A stretch of DNA of 64,000 bases from Coriobacteriales bacterium (GTDB taxonomy: Bacteria > Actinomycetota > Coriobacteriia > Coriobacteriales > UMGS124), in contig JAFWFL010000120.1 in NCBI GenBank assembly GCA_017515595.1, positions 18,069 through 82,068 on the forward strand, in the 5' to 3' direction. The first letter of the stretch is position 1. Every line of letters starts with the position of its first letter. Made by a program: the position numbers and the translations under genes. Shown here in pieces: positions 1-10,300 of the stretch. The notes below the pieces were generated by a model that was not told the origin of the DNA, searched no databases, and saw only the letters and a program-made list of their open reading frames with translations.

Positions 1-1365
1 GGGCTGCCGCAGGTTTGTTTTGCGGCTTCCGGCGAGAATACTCGGCGCCGAGAAGTCCCTGATCATACGAGAAATACGGGCGTGTTGCGGAGTCGCTAAG
101 ACATCATGGGCGAGCACGTCTATGAGAGTATCCTCCTCGTAGGGTTGCCATGCGCCGGTGCGAAACAGCTCTTCGAGTCCGGTCCCGCCCAGGAGAACAC
201 AGGGATATAGCTTAATTTCATCAGGTGCAATAACGGGATTGGTAACAAAAGCTTCAAAGTCCTTCTCGTCAAGCCCGGGTGTTGAACCGGGAAGATTCAC
301 CATAAAGTGGGCATGGCTCTTAAACCCAAAAGCCCGGGCCAATTCGAATGCCTGCTCAAGCATGTGCGGCGTCGTAGGCCTGTGACATGCGTCTGAGATA
401 CTCTGGTTGAGTGTTTGAACACCCATCTGGAGTTTAGTGCAGCCCAATTGGCGCAAAAATGTGAGTGACTGTGCATTTACCGTTGCGGGGCGTATCTCAA
501 CCACAAGGCCAACCACACGGTGCGCAGCGTTTTCATTGCGGTGATGTTCTTGTTCAAGCTGATCGAGCGTGGCTGCTTGCCATGAAGCAATTGATTCCCA
601 TGCGGTTTTCTCACCATAGAGCATGGAATGCGCCTCGTTGTAGGTAAGCTCTTTCTTATTTACGCGCTCTTGCAGGCAGGCAGTTTGTTGCCGAATCGCT
701 TCGTCCTCGCGGAGTATGCCGGCTTGGACATACAGCCTTTCGCGCTCCTTAACAAGCTCGGTAAAGTTGGTTTGATCTGCATTGTTCAACGCTTTAAAGA
801 GCTCGGTGATAAACCATGTTTGGTAAGAAGACGGATAATCCAAAAACGTACCGCCCAGCACAATGAGCTCTATTTTATCGGTCGCATGTCCCATGACATT
901 AAGGGTATTGAGTCTGCGGGCGACCTGCAAAAACGGGTCAAAGAAGTTATACTCCGCGCGCTGGCATGCCGGTTCGTCGTGCATATAGCTTTTGGGCATA
1001 CGTATATCATTGGGGCAGTATATACATGAACCGCAACATGGATACGGTTTGGTAATGACCGTGATAGTTGCTACGCCTGAAGCGGTTCTCCGGGGCTTAA
1101 GCTGAATACTTGCCAACAGATTGCGCTCAAGGGTGCTGTCAATATTCCAGGCCTGCCACCGCATGGGTTCATGCTGCTTGATGACAAAGTAGAAGGGAGC
1201 GAGCTGCTTTTTGGTAAAATATTTATAAGGAACGTGATGCTCCTTGTTATGCTTTGAAATAAGATGATCCAAGACGTCGCCATCAAGGACGCCATGGTCA
1301 CGGATGCTCTTCAAAATGTCGAGTAACAGAGCTTCGAGCTCTTGTTCGCTGGGAAAAGTATTCAT
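1..1365 (-). CDS. Elp3-like radical SAM enzyme (N-terminal 455 aa; C-terminus beyond window start)
   Basis: It is absent from the ORF track because it runs off the window edge. Manual minus-strand translation from the ATG (complement of 1363-1365) gives MNTFPSEQELEALLLDILKS... and stays open to base 1. It contains CCGSCIYCPND (radical-SAM CxxxCxxC), ELIVLGGTF, VGLVVEIRP and GCTKLQMGVQTL, as in the Elp3 family. Confidence 0.7.
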   Translation of the reverse strand, partial: MNTFPSEQELEALLLDILKSIRDHGVLDGDVLDHLISKHNKEHHVPYKYFTKKQLAPFYFVIKQHEPMRWQAWNIDSTLERNLLASIQLKPRRTASGVATITVITKPYPCCGSCIYCPNDIRMPKSYMHDEPACQRAEYNFFDPFLQVARRLNTLNVMGHATDKIELIVLGGTFLDYPSSYQTWFITELFKALNNADQTNFTELVKERERLYVQAGILREDEAIRQQTACLQERVNKKELTYNEAHSMLYGEKTAWESIASWQAATLDQLEQEHHRNENAAHRVVGLVVEIRPATVNAQSLTFLRQLGCTKLQMGVQTLNQSISDACHRPTTPHMLEQAFELARAFGFKSHAHFMVNLPGSTPGLDEKDFEAFVTNPVIAPDEIKLYPCVLLGGTGLEELFRTGAWQPYEEDTLIDVLAHDVLATPQHARISRMIRDFSAPSILAGSRKTNLRQP

Positions 1366-1490
1366 AAATCAAGTATAGCACATGTTTTTTGCCGGGCTTA
1401 AGCACAGGATACTACAGAAAGATATAATTATAAACAACACGCTACGGTTCCTCGGTAAACAGGAGCAGATAAGAAAAGGAGGACAGAACG

Positions 1491-2297
1491 TTGATTGGTG
1501 CAATTTTGGGCGATATGATTGGCGCGCCGTATGAATTTGACCAGAGCAACAAAACCAAGGAGTTCCCGCTTTTTTGCCCGGATTCTCAGTTTACTGATGA
1601 CTCGGTTATGACCATTGCCGTGGCCGAAGCGCTCATGGATACGCTGAACATGTCAGACGAGAAGATCAGGGCTACCCTTATAGCGTCCATGCAAAAGTGG
1701 GGCAGGCGTTATCTTGACGCAGGTTATGGCTGGAATTTTTTCCAATGGCTGCAGGAGGATTATCCGGCGCCTTACCGGAGCTATGGCAACGGCTCAGCCA
1801 TGCGCGTGTCTTCTGCAGGCTGGCTGTTTGATGATTTGGCAACCACACGTCATGTAGCAAGGCTCACGGCTGAGGTCTCGCACAACCATCCTGAGGGCAT
1901 GAAAGGCGCCGAGTCAACAGCAAGTGCGATTTTTCTCGCCCGGAACGGCAGTAGCAAAGATGAAATCAAAAATTATATAATCAAAGAGTTTGGCTATGAC
2001 CTTTCGCGTACCTGTGATGAGATTCGCCCAACATATAAGCATGTCGAAAGCTGCCAGAAGACCGTTCCCGAGGCCATAACCGCCTTTTTGGAAGGAACTG
2101 ATTTTGAAGACGTCATTCGCACGGCGGTTTCGCTCGGCGGCGATTGCGACACGCTTACCTGCATTGCAGGCAGTATGGCTGAGGCTTTTTATGGTGTGCC
2201 TCAAGAGCTGGAAGCTGAATGCAAAAAGCGCCTCCCGGCCGATATGCTTGCGGTTTTAGACCGCTTCACCGCAATTGCACACGCAGATAAGCAATAA
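1491..2297 (+). CDS. ADP-ribosylglycohydrolase family protein
   Basis: 268-aa ORF with a TTG start after AAAGGAGGA. Its motifs are IGAILGDMIGAPYEF, YGNGSAMRVS and GGDCDTLTCIAGSMAEAFYG, typical of the ARH/DraG-like family. Confidence 0.85.
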   Translation: MIGAILGDMIGAPYEFDQSNKTKEFPLFCPDSQFTDDSVMTIAVAEALMDTLNMSDEKIRATLIASMQKWGRRYLDAGYGWNFFQWLQEDYPAPYRSYGNGSAMRVSSAGWLFDDLATTRHVARLTAEVSHNHPEGMKGAESTASAIFLARNGSSKDEIKNYIIKEFGYDLSRTCDEIRPTYKHVESCQKTVPEAITAFLEGTDFEDVIRTAVSLGGDCDTLTCIAGSMAEAFYGVPQELEAECKKRLPADMLAVLDRFTAIAHADKQ

Positions 2298-2325
2298 AAC
2301 CAGACACAACAGAAGGGGTTTTGCC

Positions 2326-2787
2326 ATGCTCTATTCAAACGATATGCAGCAGCTCGCCTATATAAGCCGCAAAGCCGGCGCCTTTGTGCGGGAGCATGAT
2401 CTCCTGACGCTCGAAAACGGCCGGTATGACCTTGGCGACGGAGACTACGTGAACGTCATGGAGTATACCTCCAAAACGAGAAGCGAAGGCAGTTATGAAT
2501 CGCATAAAGACTATGTTGACATACAGTGCGTTATCAAAGGAGAAGAATATCTCGAAGTTGCTCCGACAAGCGCTTTGTGTGTAACCAAGCCCTATGACGA
2601 AGCCGGCGACTATATGCTCTTTGACGGTGCATACAGCGGAGAAAAATACCTTTTGACTCCCGGACGTTTTTGCCTGGTCATACCAGATGATGCTCATATG
2701 CCGGGTGTCTCGCCAACCAATATCCCAGGCCCGGTAAAAAAGGCTGTCTTTAAAATACAGGTAAGCCATCTTGAGCCTATTGTATAA
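2326..2787 (+). CDS. YhcH/YjgK/YiaL (DUF386) family protein
   Basis: Start trimmed to the ATG at 2326 (AGAAGGGG upstream). The sequence MLYSNDMQQL...GDGDYVNVMEYTSK...HKDYVDIQCVIKGEE...DDAHMPG resembles the DUF386 cupin-like family. Confidence 0.75.
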   Translation: MLYSNDMQQLAYISRKAGAFVREHDLLTLENGRYDLGDGDYVNVMEYTSKTRSEGSYESHKDYVDIQCVIKGEEYLEVAPTSALCVTKPYDEAGDYMLFDGAYSGEKYLLTPGRFCLVIPDDAHMPGVSPTNIPGPVKKAVFKIQVSHLEPIV

Positions 2788-2894
2788 ACCTTTTATACTT
2801 CTGACTGTAAGTGTTCCGAGTACTGTCTGTACAAAGCCGGGAAGGACATCTGTAAGAAGGCGTTTATTCTCGGCAATACACCAAAGGAGTCCTT

Positions 2895-4556
2895 ATGAAA
2901 CAGCATGTATTCCATAGGGTAGGTCCGGGATTGGTGCTGGCTTTTATTGCGGCCGTAATTGTTTTATGCGCTGTCTTTGCGGTTCCGCTTGGTATGGCCG
3001 GCGAAGCATCCGGTGATTTTACGTATGAAATCAATGATGAGGGAACCATAACGCTCACGGCTTATACCGGCAGCGACTCAAACCCCGTCATTCCGCAGGA
3101 AATTGATGGTGTCTCCGTGACTCACATTGGCGAAAGCTGCTTTAGCGGCCTTTTGTGCATCAATAAGGTGCATATTCCCGAGGGCATTGTGAGCGTGGGC
3201 GATTATGCTTTTGAATGTTGTAATCTCCTGCAAAAGGTGTACTTCCCTGATTCTTTGATTTCCATTGGAGACGGCGCATTCTCAGGGTGTAATCACCTTG
3301 TTTTGGCAGATATGCAGGATGGTATTGAGTCAATTGGACGAGGAGCGTTTTTATACTGCTCGGCTCTGGTGAATCTTGATCTTCCGGCTAATCTTAAGAC
3401 GCTCGGTGATTTTGCATTTGCCATGTGCAGCGGTCTTATGAAAGTAACCTTTAACGGAGAATCGCTTGATACCTTGCCTGACCGCCTGTTTTACGAATGT
3501 TCAAATCTCACAAAAATCTCGTTCCCCAAAAGCATTACTCAGATTGGCAAGCGCACATTCTCCGGGTGTGGAAGCTTAACATACCTTTATTTTGCCAAGC
3601 CTCTCACGAGTATAGGAGAATACGCTTTTGAGCATTGTTCATCTCTGACCAGGGTCGAGTATACTGCAGATACAATTGGCAAAGGTGCGTTTTTTGGGAC
3701 ACAAATCGAGTCGCCTGATACCTCCGATGCTGATGATGACAGCGCAAACAATGATGCCGGGAATGCTCCGGCTCAGGAAGCATCTGCCCAGCAAGAGAGC
3801 ACTCAGGAAGATGCCGTTCCTGAGGCTCCCAAAACAATTGGTTCTTACGCGGGAGACAAGAGCCTTTTTGATGAGGACATGTTTAAGGATTATGTTGTTA
3901 TAAGCAATGACGACTTTGCTTCCTGGTGTGAGAAATACCTGGCCTGTAACAGCGACCCGGTACCGCTCAGCCGCGAAATAACACCCTATATCTTGCTCTA
4001 TAAGGCAGAGGTTATTCCCCGGTACCTCGCAATGGTAGCTGTTCAGAACCATGACCCGGCTCAGTGGGCAGAAGCGGTCAACCTATGCGGAGACGACTTT
4101 GAACAGATGTACCTCATGATTAACCACGGTCTCTTTACTGAACTCAGCCGCGGGAAAATGTGCGATAACCTGATTCTTTACAGCGGTGTTTATGACAGCC
4201 AGCTTGAAGCCGCAGCCGGCACCGACACGGTACCCACCCTTGACCAGCTGGCTGCGTCTGTGGGCAGGACTTTTGTTGATCCCGTCATGATAAGCACCAC
4301 CACGAGCATCGAGATAGCGTGTGGTTTCTCGGATACGCTTTTTATCATATATGCTTCACGTGAGTCCATGGAAGCGCTTGGTGCAGTATGCATTGATGCC
4401 TATTTGCATACTCGCGAAAACGAGATCCTCATGAGCGCCAACGCGACTTACAAGATTCTCGACGTTGGCACGATGGAAATTCAAACCGAGGATTACCAGG
4501 GCAATCCTCAAACTCTTGTTCGCGACTATCTTAAAGTAGAGCTGCTGCTTCCGTAA
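2895..4556 (+). CDS. Secreted/anchored BspA-type leucine-rich-repeat protein with a C-terminal ADP-ribosyltransferase-like domain
   Basis: N-terminal hydrophobic signal or anchor (GLVLAFIAAVIVLCAVFAV). Repeated IGxxAFxxCxxL units are BspA-like LRRs. The C-terminal region has FVDPVMISTTTS (STS-like) and RENEILM (ExE-like), spaced as in R-S-E class ARTs. Confidence 0.65.
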   Translation: MKQHVFHRVGPGLVLAFIAAVIVLCAVFAVPLGMAGEASGDFTYEINDEGTITLTAYTGSDSNPVIPQEIDGVSVTHIGESCFSGLLCINKVHIPEGIVSVGDYAFECCNLLQKVYFPDSLISIGDGAFSGCNHLVLADMQDGIESIGRGAFLYCSALVNLDLPANLKTLGDFAFAMCSGLMKVTFNGESLDTLPDRLFYECSNLTKISFPKSITQIGKRTFSGCGSLTYLYFAKPLTSIGEYAFEHCSSLTRVEYTADTIGKGAFFGTQIESPDTSDADDDSANNDAGNAPAQEASAQQESTQEDAVPEAPKTIGSYAGDKSLFDEDMFKDYVVISNDDFASWCEKYLACNSDPVPLSREITPYILLYKAEVIPRYLAMVAVQNHDPAQWAEAVNLCGDDFEQMYLMINHGLFTELSRGKMCDNLILYSGVYDSQLEAAAGTDTVPTLDQLAASVGRTFVDPVMISTTTSIEIACGFSDTLFIIYASRESMEALGAVCIDAYLHTRENEILMSANATYKILDVGTMEIQTEDYQGNPQTLVRDYLKVELLLP

Positions 4557-4611
4557 AATGCACAGGGAGCAGAGTCCCGGGCAGCAATAGTTCGCACGCA
4601 TAAGTATGTAA

Positions 4612-4645
4612 AAATGCACAGGATTTGCCCCTGTGCATTTTTTTG
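4612..4645 (+). terminator. Rho-independent terminator after the LRR/ART-like gene
   Basis: The stem atgcacagg / cctgtgcat (4614-4622 / 4630-4638) is followed by a T-run. Confidence 0.6.
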
Positions 4646-4780
4646 AGCTAAAACGGGCATGCTTGCGTATAACGATTAAAGCGCATTGCGTTTTGATACT
4701 CAAAAGCGGCGCCCCAGATTGGCGGGCATCGCTCATGATATGCTTTGGATTGGCGCTTGATACGAGAGGATGCTGCTATT

Positions 4781-7327
4781 ATGATGTTTTGGGACAATCA
4801 AAAGTCCGGCTTCTTACACTCCTGCAAAGCTATTGTATGTACGGCTTCACTGGGGCTTGCTTTAGGCTTGTTTGGCGCTGCCCCCGCTTTGGCAGACAAT
4901 ACCTTGGCCATGCAGGCCGAGCAACCCGCAGCAATCCAGACAGTTTTGTCAGATCAGCTGACCTTAGAAGATATTGATGCTCTCAGCAAAGGCACCGCAA
5001 CCGTATATTTCCATGACGGCCGCGTGACCTTTGTAGACGGCTCCTGCACAACAAACCCGGTTTTAAGCATGGATGACGCTGCCGGGGTGGTCGCTTCAAT
5101 GACCACGCTTTTAGGCGGAGACACCCGCACCCAGTTTGAGCCATGGCGCACACTGCAGGATAGCAGCGGAAACGTTTATTACGTATTCCGGCAGATGTAT
5201 GCCCACACAACGGTTTCGGGCGGAGCGGTAAAGGTTATTACTGATGCCCAGGGAACCATGATTGGCCTGGTTGGCAGTATAGAATCAGAACTGCCTGATG
5301 TTGAGGATATCGAGGGTATCTCAGCCGGCGAAGCAGAACAAATAGTTTTGGATCATGCCACAAATGAAGGCGCCTATCATCTGAGTATTCTTGACGCTAC
5401 CGAGAAAATCATTTTGCCGGTAAACCTTGAGATTGATGTTAACTCAACAGAAGAAAAAGAAGAAAGCCATTTTGTATGGGTTGTATACACCAATAACCCC
5501 CAGAGCAGCAATAAGCAAAACTCCGGCCTGCCTTATCTTGCTCATTACGTAACCATGGACGGTGCATACCTTTATAACATGCCCACGGTTCTTCCCGGTG
5601 ACGAGGCAGGATCATCCGGTTTCGCTTCTTCATATACCTTTGAATTTATGGAACCAGCCGTATATCAGGGCCCTGTTACTCTGACAGACGGTTCTGAACA
5701 CGAGATTACGGTCCCCGTTATGCGCGATACCCGCACCGGTATGTATTACTTGGGCGACATTGAGCGCAGAATTGTGGTAGCTGATTGCTATGAGTTTTTA
5801 TATAACGATACAAACCTTGTACTTGTTTCCAGCCCTGACAACACAGGTTGGGAACAAAACGCCTTGATTTCGCTCTACAACTACGGCCGTATATGGGATT
5901 ACTATCATGAGTTTGGCTGGACGGGAGGCGACGGAGAAAACACCCCCATCCTCATTCTCAATAACTATTGCGATGAGCATGGAGAGCCGGTAGACAATGC
6001 CGCATATGCGGGCAAATACCTGGGTTGGCAAATCTTTCTTTCAAGCTCATCGAATACGCTCAGCGAGTCTTTAGATGTAATCGCGCATGAATATACTCAC
6101 TGTGTTACCGGCTCTGTTACCACGTATAACTCATACAAAAATGATTACGGTGCCATCAACGAAGCAATAAGTGATATCCAGGGCAATCTTTGCGAAATGA
6201 TGTATGACGAGAAAAACGGCAAAGCATATGATGAGTATTGGGCGCTGGGCGAAGACAGCTCAATGACCGTACGCAGTATGAGCAATCCTCATAAGTATGC
6301 ACAGCCGGAGTATACCTGGGATGTGTATTACAAAGCGAATGTCATGAAGCCCTTTGATCTCAATGACCGGGGCGGAGTACACACCAACTCTTCGCTTCTG
6401 AATATGGTGGCATATAAGCTGTGCGTTGAGGGCGGCATGTCATATGAAGAAGCGCGTCTCTATTGGTTTGCTGTTGACTGCTCAATGGTACCGGGTACAG
6501 ACTATCCCCAGCTCGCCGAGCTTTTGCCCTGGGTTCTCGACAACCTGGGCATGAACCAATACCAAGAAGTTCTCGAACAAGCCATAGACTCTACAAAGCT
6601 TGGTGATAAAGATATTCCCGAGAGCTTTGACGAGAAGCACGCGCTCGTAGAACTCCAGTTACCCGACTCCGAGATTTTCTCTGACGGAAACTGGGTCATG
6701 GGCTTTATGAGTATCAATTTTGAAGGCCTGAAAGCCAAAACTCATGAGATTTTACACGCGTGCTTGCATGGCGATCTGAGTATGCTTCCTCCCAACTGGT
6801 CTGAGCTGATATTTGGGTCTGCAGATGAGCAGGAAGACTCCTTAGACCTTGGAGCATACATGGAGTTATATGCGTGGTTTAACGAGCAGTTTGGCGAGGT
6901 TATTTATGCCGACATGACCTCATCAGGCCAGGATGGCCGGACCATACGCATGGTAAGCAGGCCCGGTGACACAATGCCCGTACTCTTCCATGTGGCAATG
7001 AACGATGACTCCACCTTTGATTATGAGCATATCTACTTTATGCTCTACATAAACAACCGCTGGTATGATTTCTCCGCTTTGATTGTTCCCTATATTGAGA
7101 TAATTGAAGAAGCCAGCACGGCTGAAGACGAAGAAGCAATTGAGGATGCCCTCATGAATCTCGAATTAGATGCGTCCGTTCTCTTAGATTTGACCTTTGA
7201 TCTCATAGATGTATTTTTTGAAAGCGATGGCATGGGGGATTTCTACAATAACCTCGTCTATTCAATCGAGGGCGCCCAAATCAACAACGTTCCTTTGGCC
7301 AATCTCGAAGAAATAGTTGCCGCTTAA
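4781..7327 (+). CDS. Secreted M4 (thermolysin-like) metallopeptidase
   Basis: Motifs VIAHEYTHCVTG (HExxH), GAINEAISD (third zinc ligand) and GGVHTNSS. A signal-like N-terminus is present (LGLALGLFGAAPALA). Start set at the ATG at 4781 rather than the TTG at 4745. Confidence 0.85.
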   Translation: MMFWDNQKSGFLHSCKAIVCTASLGLALGLFGAAPALADNTLAMQAEQPAAIQTVLSDQLTLEDIDALSKGTATVYFHDGRVTFVDGSCTTNPVLSMDDAAGVVASMTTLLGGDTRTQFEPWRTLQDSSGNVYYVFRQMYAHTTVSGGAVKVITDAQGTMIGLVGSIESELPDVEDIEGISAGEAEQIVLDHATNEGAYHLSILDATEKIILPVNLEIDVNSTEEKEESHFVWVVYTNNPQSSNKQNSGLPYLAHYVTMDGAYLYNMPTVLPGDEAGSSGFASSYTFEFMEPAVYQGPVTLTDGSEHEITVPVMRDTRTGMYYLGDIERRIVVADCYEFLYNDTNLVLVSSPDNTGWEQNALISLYNYGRIWDYYHEFGWTGGDGENTPILILNNYCDEHGEPVDNAAYAGKYLGWQIFLSSSSNTLSESLDVIAHEYTHCVTGSVTTYNSYKNDYGAINEAISDIQGNLCEMMYDEKNGKAYDEYWALGEDSSMTVRSMSNPHKYAQPEYTWDVYYKANVMKPFDLNDRGGVHTNSSLLNMVAYKLCVEGGMSYEEARLYWFAVDCSMVPGTDYPQLAELLPWVLDNLGMNQYQEVLEQAIDSTKLGDKDIPESFDEKHALVELQLPDSEIFSDGNWVMGFMSINFEGLKAKTHEILHACLHGDLSMLPPNWSELIFGSADEQEDSLDLGAYMELYAWFNEQFGEVIYADMTSSGQDGRTIRMVSRPGDTMPVLFHVAMNDDSTFDYEHIYFMLYINNRWYDFSALIVPYIEIIEEASTAEDEEAIEDALMNLELDASVLLDLTFDLIDVFFESDGMGDFYNNLVYSIEGAQINNVPLANLEEIVAA

Positions 7328-7392
7328 CAATAAGCGCTTACCGATCCTCTCGTAAACAGGGATCTGTGCCACCCATTCTTTTCAACATGCTT

Positions 7393-10300
7393 TTACTGGG
7401 CGTCGCGAAGGGTTTGCTCTAGGTGGGGGAGGTCCTGGTGGGTGTAGGTGTAGCGGACGGTTTGGGGCTCCTGGGGGTTGGACGGGTCGGGGACTTCTAC
7501 GCGGACAAAGCAGAGATCAACGCTTTGGTAGCCTTGTAGGAGGACTGCATAGGCATAGCATTGGGCCTGGAGAAGATGCTTCTCATGAAGCTGCTCGGGT
7601 GTCTCGGCAGGAGAGCCACCGGTTTTATAGTCTATGACGAGTGCCTTGCTGTTTTGAGCACTACCTGCGGCGTGGCAGAGAAGGTCGATGGAGCCTTCAA
7701 GGCGGAGGGGCTCTCCCTGGTGACCGAGAAGCGTCACATAGAGCGAGGCCTCAGGTTCAAGACATTCATATGCATAGGCAGCTTGGGCAGCTGAGCTGTG
7801 AGCCCATAAGGAAAGCGCAGCTTTAAGTCTCGGCATGCCATATACGGGCAGATTCCAGGTGCGGGCGATTTGGGCAAGACGTTCGTTGGAAGGAAGATAA
7901 TCTGAGACATCAAACTCGTTAAAGCTGTTTGCGCCGGTACGCGTTGCAAGAATCTTCTCGGCCATCCATTGAGCGCTTGCGTGAAAGGCGGAACCAAATG
8001 ATGTTGCGTCAATATACCTGTGAGGAGCAGCTTCGAGCGGTTCGGCATCAGATTCGGTATCAATGTTCAAGGGACTCTCGGACTCCGGCGCAACTTCATC
8101 AGGGTCGGTCTCGGCGGCACCTGACGTGTCACCATGTTTGGAAAGCATAGTGTACGAGAAGGTCCCGGCCCGCAAGGGATTGCAGGGGAGAACAAGCGGC
8201 AAAAGTGTATTGATATCGAGAGGTTCGGAGACATTCACCTGTTCCTGCGGAGTCTCAAGGGAAGCGTTAGAGGTTAGCAGCTCATTGCGCATGGTATCTG
8301 ATACCAGGTAGTCTTGTAAAGGCCGGTCAACCGTGCTAATGACTCCCAATTCATCAACTTCGATTTGGATTTTTGTGAGCGTCATAGGAATATCGCCGCC
8401 AAAATCGACCTGCATTGGGATATTTGGGAAATCCCGGTCTGGGCCAACCAACGCATGACGAATGTCCTCAATGATTTCTGAATTGTAGTATTGGCCAAGC
8501 TCCCGTTTGTCTTGCGATGCGCTTGCGCCTTCGGCTGCCAAAATAAGGACTTCGCGCGGACGGGTGGCTCCTACATAAAACTTACGCCGCAGCTCGGCAA
8601 GCTCGCCCGCTTGGGCGTGCGCAATGATTGCCTGGTAAAAAGACAGCGCGTCATAAGTCTCGGCCGGGTTATTGCCCGGAGCTTCTTCGGTTTGAAGATG
8701 TTCGCTGCCGGTTGCCTTGGCGTAATCTGCAAGCGCCTTACTGAGCGTTGAGTTGGTGGTTTTACTCAGTGTACCGTATAAATCGAGAACGCTTGAGGGC
8801 GGGGTGAGTGTCATATGAATGGTCCCGCCAATAGTTTCGAGCTTTAAGGAGTTGTTATCTCTGAGCGTGTTGTGGAATGCAGCAAGAGCAACCACGGGGA
8901 ACTCGAGTCCTTTTGACGCATGAATGGTCATAATGCGCACGGCATCCTGGCCACTCACATTGAGGGCGCCGGGCTTCTCCTTTATACCTTTGTCCTCGGA
9001 GAATTTTGCAGCCAAACGCTCTGCCACAGCCGACATACCTCGCTGAGCAGGCTTATTGTCTTCCTGACTCCTTGCGACACGAATCGCTTTGAGAATATTG
9101 GCGGCTTGCGCGGTACCCTGAGGTCCTTCTTGCTGCAGCCGGTTGAGCCAGCCACTCTCGGCAACCGCATATTCAAGTACCCGGGAAGGACTCATGGTAC
9201 GGCTGCGCCTTACAGCATTGTTCAGCACATCTGATGCAAGTTGTATACGAGCCGGCAGGGAAGACGCATCTGCGTTTTTGCAAAGCTCCTGGATTCCGTG
9301 CCAAAGCCCGCTGCTGCCACCGCGTTTTAAAGCGGTAATACTTAAAAGCTCGTCAGCATCAAGCCCAAACATATCGCTTACAAGTAGCTCTTTGATGGCA
9401 TAATCATCCAGGGGATTTGCGATTGCCTGAGCGAGCGTGCATATGGTCTGTGCTTCGGGCATTTTGATAAAGGTTGAGCCGCCCGTAACAATGCAGGGGA
9501 TGCCCCGTTCGCGCAGGGTATTTGCAAAAAGGCTGGCAAAGGTGGTTGTTCCCAAGAGAATAACCATATCGCCCCAGTTATAATGCACCGTGTCGCCATT
9601 CTCTGAAATAATGCCTTCATGCAGCTTGCAAAAACGGTCGCAGATATAAAGTGCTTCGGACCTGTAGCGTTCCTCGGTATGTGCTTTGTTAAAGGCGTTT
9701 GTTATGAGCGCCATGTCTATGCGCGGCATGCAGGGATTATCATGTTCGCGCGCAGCGTCAAGTTCGATGAATTCGCTCGCAGAGCCACGTCCAAATACAC
9801 GCTCCTGGGCAAATACGCGGTTCACAAAATGAATGACGTCTCCATGGGAGCGGTAGTTGGTGCCGAGTTCCTGATAAGTAGCGCCTGCCTCTCCGCGCAT
9901 ATGGCGCTTGTGTTCTCTATAGGTATCTACATCAGCACCGCGAAAACGGTAAATACTTTGCTGCGTATCACCAACCGTACAAAGCCGTTCGTCACGCGCG
10001 CCGTCAAGCAAGGATATAATCGCGATCTGCAGAGCGCTTGTGTCCTGGAACTCATCCACCATCACAAGCTTAAATTTATCACGGTACTGGCGGGCGAGAG
10101 ACTCGTGATTTTTGAGAGCCAAGAGTGCCTGTTGCAACAGGTCATCCTGGTCAAGCTTGTGTATAGCGCGCTTCTTTTGTGTGTAAAACTCCCGGGTTTT
10201 GAGAGCAAGCTGCAAAAGCTCCTGCTTGCTCTGGCCGGCAATACCAAGCTTGCACGCGGTAACCGTAGAATAATAAATAATCTTGAACTCAAGAACAGGT

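Noticed and set aside
628-1301. Small ORFs at 628-1029 (+) and 1071-1301 (-) at the window start.
   Set aside because: They lie inside or opposite the long open Elp3-like frame, which has clear radical-SAM motifs.
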